From NCBI GenBank assembly GCA_964407865.1, contig CAYOXC010000001.1, positions 267,978-331,977 of the forward strand: a DNA stretch of 64,000 nt, written 5' to 3'. Below the pieces are notes generated by a model. The model was not told the DNA's origin. It ran no database searches and saw only the letters and a program-made list of their open reading frames with translations. Positions 57,897 to 64,000 of the stretch are shown piece by piece. Position numbers and translations under genes: made by a program. Position 1 is the first letter of the stretch, and the number at the start of each line of letters is the position of its first letter. The stretch is from an uncultured Gammaproteobacteria bacterium (GTDB taxonomy: Bacteria > Patescibacteriota > Patescibacteriia > Magasanikbacterales > GWA2-37-8).

Positions 57897-57948
57897 ACTG
57901 AAAAAAACACTCCCGCCTAAATGGCGGCAGTCAAACAAGGAGGAGATA

Positions 57949-58419
57949 ATGGAACAAACGGACAAACTGCCCATGATTTTTGAAGACAAAATGCCCCGCC
58001 TCAAACAACTGATGCGGATACCGCAGAAGAAACCGGTGTATGTACTCGTCGTAGATGACAACGAATACGCCGTCATCGGTATGCGGACCATTCTCGGACA
58101 CTGGAACAATCTCGGCGCCACCACGACCATCGTCTCGAACGGACAAATGCCACACATCGATCTCAACAACCACATCATCCTGATCGATTCGGATATGGCT
58201 GGAGTCAAAGACGAAGACATCTACAACTGGCTCTCTGATCAGTCCTACGCCGGCATCGTCGCGTCGACTCTCTACTACGGCACAGACACACCTGCGCGTG
58301 TCGGCAGGCACTACCGATACCACTTCGGCTACAAAGTTGGCATCGGCACGTCTTTCGCGACCGCGATCGAATTCGTCAAATTCATGAACGAACTGATCGC
58401 CGATGCCGAAAAACACTAA
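57949..58419 (+). CDS. Atypical receiver (REC)-like domain protein
   Basis: About 157 aa from the ATG after CAAGGAGG. VYVLVVDDNEY (acidic pocket), IILIDSDMAG (putative phospho-Asp), GIVASTLYYG (Thr/Ser) and HFGYKVG (Lys) sit in REC-consistent order. Confidence 0.45.
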   Translation: MEQTDKLPMIFEDKMPRLKQLMRIPQKKPVYVLVVDDNEYAVIGMRTILGHWNNLGATTTIVSNGQMPHIDLNNHIILIDSDMAGVKDEDIYNWLSDQSYAGIVASTLYYGTDTPARVGRHYRYHFGYKVGIGTSFATAIEFVKFMNELIADAEKH

Positions 58420-58491
58420 AAAATGAGGTTCGCGCACATCATGATAAAAACACTTGGATTCGACATTGGCCAAGAATAGAAAGGAGGAGCC

Positions 58492-58707
58492 GTGGAAGAA
58501 AAAAATGATGAAGAAAGACTGGTCGGAAATTATCATTTTCTCTGTCTCGAGTGCGACTTCGGAATTAACATTCAAAGCACGGACATAGAAGCAGCCACAC
58601 GGGAAGCTTTTATCCGGCATGATGCCTACTTCGAAGGCATCATGTTCAAATGCAGTGCTGATCACTACCGGATTACCGGCCCGGACGGAACGTTCGTTGA
58701 ATTCTAG
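58492..58707 (+). CDS. Small CxxC protein, paralog 3
   Basis: GTG start 5 nt after AAAGGAGG; YHFLCLECDFG...EA.IRH....KCSADH; hairpin terminator downstream. Confidence 0.5.
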   Translation: MEEKNDEERLVGNYHFLCLECDFGINIQSTDIEAATREAFIRHDAYFEGIMFKCSADHYRITGPDGTFVEF

Positions 58708-58867
58708 CCAAAATCAAACAAGTCTCCCACCCGCTCATTGCCCACACCCCTCGCTATCAAGCGAGGTTTTTTCTTCTGCAATTTAATATAACCCATACCT
58801 AATTGACAAAACTGCCAAAATACGCTAACTTTGTTCAAATGCACATTTCACCAAAAAGGAGGTACTA

Positions 58868-59125
58868 ATGGGTTTTAACAAAACTGACGATGAGTCTTGT
58901 GATGAAATATTCCAAGAGAAAGTCACGAAAAAAAAGTACACGCTAGAATTACTCACCACCAGTAGTCGCAACTATTCGTTCAAGTGCTTGGACTGCGATT
59001 TCGCTGTAATAGTGAACACAAGCAGTAGAAGCGAGGCCGTGACAGAGGCCTTGTACCAACACGACATTTTTCACAGCAAAATTAGCGACAAGGGTTGCGA
59101 TGCCGACAACTTTGAACTACGCTAA
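58868..59125 (+). CDS. Small CxxC protein, paralog 4
   Basis: 85 aa; YSFKCLDCDF...EA..QHDIFH...GCDAD; TTGACA promoter at 58803 and AAGGAGG RBS. Confidence 0.5.
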   Translation: MGFNKTDDESCDEIFQEKVTKKKYTLELLTTSSRNYSFKCLDCDFAVIVNTSSRSEAVTEALYQHDIFHSKISDKGCDADNFELR

Positions 59126-59338
59126 AAAATTTTCAAAAAAGACAAAAAAATTGCCCTTCAATCACCGGTCTGACCGTTAGCAGGCCGGTTTTTATTTATA
59201 TTTGATATTTTGCCTACCCCCTTGACAAAACCGTTATTTTATGCTATACTAGAGACCTCAAAATCGTGCTTCCAAGTAGAAAATAGTCGAATTTCTGCAG
59301 AGGCCGTCTTTGCAGCTTAGTTCACTATCTAACCTATT

Positions 59339-59542
59339 ATGAACGGAAAAATCAAAAGATTAACAGACAAAGGGTTCGGTTTTATCGCTCCTGAGGGAGA
59401 AGATGGAAAGGATATTTTCTTCCATTCCTCTGCTCTTCAGGGTGTTACCTTCGACGAATTACGCGAAGGAGATGCCGTCACCTTTGACACTGAAGATTCA
59501 GACAAGGGCCCTCGCGCTACCAATGTAGCTCGCGTCGCCTAA
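59339..59542 (+). CDS. cspA: Cold-shock protein (CspA family)
   Basis: 67 aa; GKIKRLTDKGFGFIAPEGEDGKDIFFHSSAL RNP motifs; TTGACA-17-TATACT promoter with about 100-nt leader; terminator at 59559-59585. Confidence 0.9.
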   Translation: MNGKIKRLTDKGFGFIAPEGEDGKDIFFHSSALQGVTFDELREGDAVTFDTEDSDKGPRATNVARVA

Positions 59543-59558
59543 ATCTAAAAAATAAATG

Positions 59559-59585
59559 CCCCGACCTAGCGTCGGGGTTTTTATT
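59559..59585 (+). terminator. Rho-independent terminator after csp
   Basis: CCCCGAC-ctagc-GTCGGGG followed by TTTTTATTTT. Confidence 0.7.
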
Positions 59586-59722
59586 TTATTTGTTTTATAA
59601 ACGCCTGATAAAATTTTACCGATTGTTTTGGTTGTGGGCATTGTGCACAATTGACAAAATATTTTAAATGCTCTATCATAATGCTCTGTATTTTTTCAAA
59701 CACTCATCCAACTAGGAGGGAA

Positions 59723-59956
59723 ATGATGCTGGCCAAAGGTAAAATACACAATTTTGAGTTCGTCTGTTCATCCTGCGGATACATCGCAAACGTGGCCGCA
59801 TATGATCCGGCCGAAGCGGTAAAATCCGGTTTTCAACTTCACGACATACGTCAAAGAGACAGCAAAATGCCGTGCTACAACAACCGGAAAAAATGCGGAC
59901 TCCGGCAACTCAAAACCGAGGAGAAATCACAGCTTAATTTAGCGTTCTTTTTTTAA
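59723..59956 (+). CDS. Small CxxC protein, paralog 5 (GFQLHDI subfamily)
   Basis: Start ATG after CTAGGAGGG; FEFVCSSCGY...GFQLHDIRQ...PC...KKC; TTGACA-17-TATCAT promoter upstream. The track ORF extends further upstream to 59651. Confidence 0.55.
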   Translation: MMLAKGKIHNFEFVCSSCGYIANVAAYDPAEAVKSGFQLHDIRQRDSKMPCYNNRKKCGLRQLKTEEKSQLNLAFFF

Positions 59957-59978
59957 CTAACAAAAGGAAGGTAACGAA

Positions 59979-60185
59979 ATGCCTAAAAAGGCTCCCGTAC
60001 ATGTCTATGAATTTACCTGCTTGATCTGCGGATACAGTACGTATGTGACTGCATCCTATGTCGCAGAGGCGATTGCGCCAGGATTTCAACTGCATGATAT
60101 CCACCAGGAAGAATCCCGCAACAAATGCTTCAACCCTGAAAAGAAATGTCGAGTTAAGAATATCGAAAATCAAAAACTAGTATAA
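59979..60185 (+). CDS. Small CxxC protein, paralog 6 (GFQLHDI subfamily)
   Basis: 68 aa; YEFTCLICGY...GFQLHDIHQ...KCFNPEKKC; AAGGAAGG RBS; co-transcribed with paralog 5. Confidence 0.55.
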   Translation: MPKKAPVHVYEFTCLICGYSTYVTASYVAEAIAPGFQLHDIHQEESRNKCFNPEKKCRVKNIENQKLV

Positions 60186-60315
60186 CCTCCACCTTTCTTG
60201 TTCTTTACATTGACCGATCTGTTCTGGGTCGGTTTTTTAATATTTGACAAAAAATTTTAAATAGCATAAAATGCTGTTCTCTAAAATGTTCTTTTCAACA
60301 ACCTGGGAGGGTAAA

Positions 60316-60516
60316 ATGATAGAAATCAAAGAAAGATATAAATTCCATCTTACTTGCATTCGCTGCGGGTACAAAGTCGAAATCACCACCTTTTCCGGTG
60401 AACAAGCGATAACGGCCGGTTTCCAGCTACATGATATACGGCAGCACAGAAAAGAATTTCCCTGCGTCAGCCCGTTACGAAAATACACAATCAGGTGTAT
60501 GGGCAAGGTGAAATAA
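60316..60516 (+). CDS. Small CxxC protein, paralog 7 (GFQLHDI subfamily)
   Basis: Start after TGGGAGGG; FHLTCIRCGY...GFQLHDIRQ...PC...RC; TTGACA-17-TAAAAT promoter upstream. The track ORF extends further upstream to 60271. Confidence 0.55.
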   Translation: MIEIKERYKFHLTCIRCGYKVEITTFSGEQAITAGFQLHDIRQHRKEFPCVSPLRKYTIRCMGKVK

Positions 60517-60620
60517 GTAAAGAAGATGTCCCGATGGACGAGAAAGTACACACTGAGTCAAACCAACCAAGCTGATCCTCGGCTAACCACTCCTTCAACA
60601 ACAAGGGAATGGAGGAAAAC

Positions 60621-60839
60621 GTGGAACGAAGATGTGTAGATGACGACTATTACTTCACCTGCTTCGGCTGTGGCTTTGGCACGACGATCCACACATCGAA
60701 TCTGAAGACCGCTTCAGAAGAAGCATTGCGGCAACACAAGGAACACTACCCGTCAGTCATGTTGCTTTGCCGCGCCGACCACTGCAAAATCGTATGCCCG
60801 AACGGAACAGTCGTTTGTTTCGAGGCTTCCTACCCCTAA
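60621..60839 (+). CDS. Small CxxC protein, paralog 8
   Basis: GTG start 5 nt after GGAGG (alternative ATG at 60609); YYFTCFGCGFG...EA.RQH....LCRADHC; terminator 60863-60892. Confidence 0.5.
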   Translation: MERRCVDDDYYFTCFGCGFGTTIHTSNLKTASEEALRQHKEHYPSVMLLCRADHCKIVCPNGTVVCFEASYP

Positions 60840-60862
60840 CCCCTAGTTCTTTTCCAAAAACA

Positions 60863-60892
60863 CCCCGCTAACAAGCGGGGGTTTTCTTTTTT
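60863..60892 (+). terminator. Rho-independent terminator ending the small-gene array
   Basis: CCCCGC-taacaa-GCGGGGG followed by TTTTCTTTTTT. Confidence 0.7.
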
Positions 60893-60938
60893 GCATTTTA
60901 CCAATTGACATTTTATATAAGTTGTCCACAGCTTATTT

Positions 60939-60967
60939 TTGACAGGTGAACAAATGTTCACTATAAT
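60939..60967 (+). promoter_or_regulatory. lexA promoter with embedded LexA box
   Basis: TTGACA(60939)-17 nt-TATAAT(60962). The spacer contains the perfect palindrome GTGAAC-aaat-GTTCAC at 60946-60961, matching the Gram-positive-type LexA/Cheo consensus. Confidence 0.65.
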
Positions 60968-61002
60968 CAAATAGAGAAAGTTATCAAGCATTAAATAATT
61001 GT

Positions 61003-61575
61003 ATGCCAAACAAATATCTCCCCTATTTTATTAGATTTTATAAACGCCACCACCGTCTGCCAAGCTATCGCGAATTCATGGAACTATCCGCGCTTAAATC
61101 CACCAACGCGGTTCATAAAATTACAGCCAAGCTGGAAGAAGAAGGATTTTTACGGCGCGATGAATCAGGACGATTGACGCCAGGGCGCAAATTTTTGGGT
61201 CTACCACTTTTAGGCGATATTGCCGCCGGCTTCCCCTCTGCTGCCGAAGAAGAACTGTGCGACACAATGACTCTGGATGAATACCTGGTGCCTCACAAAG
61301 AAGCTACCTACATGCTCAAGGTATCCGGCGACAGCATGATTGAAGCTGGTATTATGCCGGGCGATCTTGTTTTGGTTGAACGAGGCCGTGAAGCGCGCAA
61401 CGGCGATGTAGTGGTGGCTGAGGTGGATAAATCCTGGACCCTAAAATATTTTGACAAAAAAGGCAAACAGGTGCGACTAATTCCAGCCAACAAAAAATAC
61501 AAGCCGATTGTACCGACTGATGAATTAAACATAGCCGCTGTAGTAATCGGGGTTGTGCGGAAGTATAAGACTTAA
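61003..61575 (+). CDS. lexA: LexA repressor (S24 peptidase)
   Basis: 190 aa; N-terminal wHTH; Ala-Gly cleavage site (IAAGFP); catalytic Ser in VSGDSM; Lys in VVVAEVDKSWTLK. Confidence 0.85.
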   Translation: MPNKYLPYFIRFYKRHHRLPSYREFMELSALKSTNAVHKITAKLEEEGFLRRDESGRLTPGRKFLGLPLLGDIAAGFPSAAEEELCDTMTLDEYLVPHKEATYMLKVSGDSMIEAGIMPGDLVLVERGREARNGDVVVAEVDKSWTLKYFDKKGKQVRLIPANKKYKPIVPTDELNIAAVVIGVVRKYKT

Positions 61576-61590
61576 TGAAAAAATAATCCA

Positions 61591-62295
61591 TTATTTCTTT
61601 AACTTGAAAGTTTTGACAATCAAATTATCCAGATCATGATTTTTCCGCCAAATTTTTTCCATCGGGATAAGCAACTTCGCCGCCCCCTTGTCATAAGGCT
61701 TGGAAATTCCCCCACCAGAAAACGGCCGCCACATCTTGGAATTTTCAATCAGCACATTCAGGTTTTCTGTGAATCGCCAGAAAAAATTATCCTTACTATA
61801 ACGCTCACTCGGCTTCAAATGATATTTTTTCTGCAAATAATCATAAGTAATGAAATGCAGCATTTCATGGGTGATAACCCGCAAATCAACGTTAACGAAT
61901 TTAGGATTGTTATACTGTCTGGGAAAAGCGAATATTTTCCGACTGATGAAACGCGGAAAACGATGCCAGACGGAAATGTAGCCGCGGTAATTCCCTTTAG
62001 GCCACGAGTAATTTTTAAAAATTTTATCAACCAACCGGAAAAATGTTTTTTCATGCTTGCGCCATTTTCGTTCTGTAATCTTTAAATCACTCCGCATCAT
62101 ATCAAACTCTTTCTTATATTGATGTTCTCCATAATTCTTAGCTAACTTCTTTCTTTCTTTTTTGGAAAAATTTTTTCCATTAACAAAGCGCATTATGTTG
62201 GGAAAACAGTGTTTTATATAATCATCGCCCCATTCCAAAGCTGCCATATCCTGTTTTTTATCAAAAATAAATTTTACACGCGGATATTTGGACAT
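61591..62295 (-). CDS. HExxH-motif protein (putative zinc metallopeptidase)
   Basis: 234 aa, very basic; single HEMLH motif (VITHEMLHFITYDY); convergent with lexA, 16 nt between stops. Confidence 0.45.
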   Translation of the reverse strand: MSKYPRVKFIFDKKQDMAALEWGDDYIKHCFPNIMRFVNGKNFSKKERKKLAKNYGEHQYKKEFDMMRSDLKITERKWRKHEKTFFRLVDKIFKNYSWPKGNYRGYISVWHRFPRFISRKIFAFPRQYNNPKFVNVDLRVITHEMLHFITYDYLQKKYHLKPSERYSKDNFFWRFTENLNVLIENSKMWRPFSGGGISKPYDKGAAKLLIPMEKIWRKNHDLDNLIVKTFKLKK

Positions 62296-62431
62296 AAATA
62301 AGAGTTAATTATTGGCTATAGTTTACACTAATAAATCACGGCTGTAAAAAAACACCCACGCCCGCGCAATCTCCTGAAGAGACGGCGAGCGTGGGGTCCG
62401 GCCCGAAGAAAGAACTACCGATGTGAAGCGG

Positions 62432-62647
62432 TCAGTCGGGCAAATTGACCACTTTACCGAGGTTCAGACGATTCGCTTCCTCCCGAGCTCTACGGAACAA
62501 ATTCTCGCGAGCCGCCTGCGGCGAACTGACATCTGTCTCGGTGACGGTAAAAATCGATTTTGCCGGAGGCACAATACTGGGGGCCTTCCCCAGAAGAGTG
62601 GCGGCATAGTACTCTCCCCCCAATTTGTAAACTACGAGACTGAGCAT
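62432..62647 (-). CDS. Small hypothetical protein (71 aa), divergent from the Y-family polymerase gene
   Basis: ATG preceded by AGGGAGG with a 5-nt spacer; GC-rich coding sequence; hairpin plus T-run terminator downstream (about 62350-62400). Confidence 0.45.
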   Translation of the reverse strand: MLSLVVYKLGGEYYAATLLGKAPSIVPPAKSIFTVTETDVSSPQAARENLFRRAREEANRLNLGKVVNLPD

Positions 62648-62670
62648 GGTAACCTCCCTATTTTTTTCAA

Positions 62671-62691
62671 GTCCACTGCGGACAAGTGGAC
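62671..62691. promoter_or_regulatory. Perfect palindrome GTCCACT-N7-AGTGGAC in the divergent promoter region
   Basis: Lies between the 71-aa gene start (62647) and the polymerase start (62743). A related GTTGTCCACAGC occurs at 60921-60932 upstream of lexA. Confidence 0.35.
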
Positions 62692-62742
62692 AAGATAATA
62701 TCAGTTTTTATTTTAAACGTCAAGTAGATACGATAAAAAAAT

Positions 62743-64000
62743 ATGTTTGCTGTTTCTTCATATCCAAAAGCCATACTTCATGTTGACGGCGATGCCTTTT
62801 TTGCCTCTTGTGAACAATCGCGCCGTCCAGAACTTAAAGGCAAGCCGGTAATTACAGGCAAAGAACGCGGTATTGCCTCATCCATGAGCTATGAAGCCAA
62901 GGCGCGCGGGGTGACCCGGGGCATGCCGCTTTTTGAAATTCGCCGAATCTGCCCGGAGGCAGTTATTTTACCATCCGACTATGAAACCTATTCCCTGCTC
63001 TCCCGCCGTTTGTACGCCATTGTACGGCGCTACACGCACGCAGTAGAAGAATACGGTATAGACGAATGCTTTGCTGACCTGACCGGCTATGGCAACCGCA
63101 ACGGCAGCGGGTATTTCAAATTAGCCCAACAAATTAAAAATGATTTAGACAGTGAACTAGGTTTTACTTTTTCCGCGGGCTTAGCTCCAAGTAAAGTATT
63201 GGCTAAAATCGGCTCCAAATGGAAAAAGCCCTCAGGCCTAACCGCTATATCCACTAAAGATCGTTGGAAATTTTTAGACAAATACGCCATTGAAAAAGTT
63301 TGGGGTATTGGACCGGCGACAACTAATTTTTTAAACCGGCGCAACATTTTCACTGCCGGTGACTTTGCCCGCGCCAACGAATGGTGGGTGAAAAAAAATC
63401 TCAATCGTCCTTTTTGGGAAATTTGGCAGGAGCTCAACGGCGCATCAGTTATGCCCCTTCAACTTGAAGAAAAATCTCTCTATTATTCAATACAAAAATT
63501 TAAAACATTTACTCCTCCGTCAGATAACCCGGATTTTGTGTTTTCACAACTTTCCAAAAATATTGAAAACGCCTGTATTAAAGCAAGGCGGCACAAACTA
63601 ATGACTGGAACAATGGCAATAATTCTACGTACCCAGGATTTTCGACATTTTGGCGCTGAAATTACCTTGTCTAGGCCAACAAATATTCCTCAAGAAATAG
63701 TTGCTTCAGCCAAAAATGTTTTTGGCGGACTGTTGCGTCGCCACACTTTATACCGCGCCACCGGCATAGTTCTTGGCGATCTAAATATTGCCACGGTCCA
63801 GCCAGACCTATTTTCATCAGGCGCACGTTTGCAACAAATGATTAAACTCTATAAAAGCATTGATGAAATAGCTGAAAAATACGGCAAGCACTCTGTGTTT
63901 TTAGGTACTAGTTTTGAGGCTCAACATTTTGGCGCCCATCTCGGTGACAGGGGTGATGCACCCAAACGGCAAAAAGAAAAACTACTTGGCGAAAATAACC
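62743..64000 (+). CDS. Y-family DNA polymerase (DinB/UmuC-like), C-terminus beyond the window
   Basis: Reads MFAVSSYPKAILHVDGDAFFASCEQSRRPELKGKPVIT...FAD...FSAGLAPSKVLAKIGS, the Y-family palm/fingers signature. Confidence 0.8.
   Translation, partial: MFAVSSYPKAILHVDGDAFFASCEQSRRPELKGKPVITGKERGIASSMSYEAKARGVTRGMPLFEIRRICPEAVILPSDYETYSLLSRRLYAIVRRYTHAVEEYGIDECFADLTGYGNRNGSGYFKLAQQIKNDLDSELGFTFSAGLAPSKVLAKIGSKWKKPSGLTAISTKDRWKFLDKYAIEKVWGIGPATTNFLNRRNIFTAGDFARANEWWVKKNLNRPFWEIWQELNGASVMPLQLEEKSLYYSIQKFKTFTPPSDNPDFVFSQLSKNIENACIKARRHKLMTGTMAIILRTQDFRHFGAEITLSRPTNIPQEIVASAKNVFGGLLRRHTLYRATGIVLGDLNIATVQPDLFSSGARLQQMIKLYKSIDEIAEKYGKHSVFLGTSFEAQHFGAHLGDRGDAPKRQKEKLLGENN

Noticed and set aside
57819-58665. 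Minus-strand ORFs of 133 and 244 aa antisense to the receiver-like gene
   Set aside because: No RBS. The plus-strand gene has an excellent RBS and sits in a one-directional operon. Locally higher GC creates long antisense frames.
61308-62085. ORFs antisense to lexA and to the HExxH gene
   Set aside because: lexA is unambiguous. The others lack start context.

Overview
This 64 kb window comes from a low-GC (roughly 35-40%), gene-dense bacterial chromosome. Its gene content (compact overlapping operons, many small lipoproteins and secreted proteins, S8/S41/HtrA proteases, a PEGA-domain protein, little metabolism) most resembles a small-genome lineage such as CPR/Patescibacteria; this is inference only. 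No CRISPR array, rRNA, transposase or integrase was seen.

Region 1-22 kb is mostly minus-strand housekeeping: cell-envelope sugar enzymes, pyrG, rplI, era, murA, and the heat-shock cluster hrcA-grpE-hsp20-dnaK-htrA-dnaJ. That cluster has a CIRCE-like operator upstream of hrcA, and its GrpE carries an N-terminal Nudix domain.

Region 22.1-24.4 kb is a GC-rich islet carrying an arsenite-methyltransferase-like gene. It sits next to tRNA-Ser(GGA), and the tRNA 3' end is repeated twice as att-like direct repeats.

Region 24.4-40 kb holds lgt, a tandem-LOG protein, gatCA, a two-component system, corA, an FAD-linked oxidase, and a denV-like glycosylase next to a GIY-YIG nuclease.

Region 40-43 kb shows a near-identical 670 bp duplication of a HAD hydrolase gene together with a truncated arfB fragment.

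Region 43-49.5 kb is a defense island: a PD-(D/E)xK nuclease with a DUF2779 protein, small proteins, a split GmrSD (DUF262 plus DUF1524), and a type II R-M pair.

Region 53-61 kb is the unusual part. Two diverged paralogous membrane-protein genes are each followed by an almost identical cassette of terminator, 35-bp tandem repeats (3 and 5 copies) ending in a palindrome, promoter and 5'UTR hairpin. A third promoter copy drives an SH3b protein and a standalone DnaJ-type CxxCxGxG zinc-finger mini-protein. A plus-strand array of eight divergent small CxxC (zinc-ribbon-like) paralogs, a receiver-like protein and cspA follows, each unit with its own TTGACA promoter, GGAGG RBS and terminator. The array ends at an SOS module: lexA with a GAAC-N4-GTTC box in its own promoter, an HExxH protein, a small divergent gene, and a Y-family polymerase.
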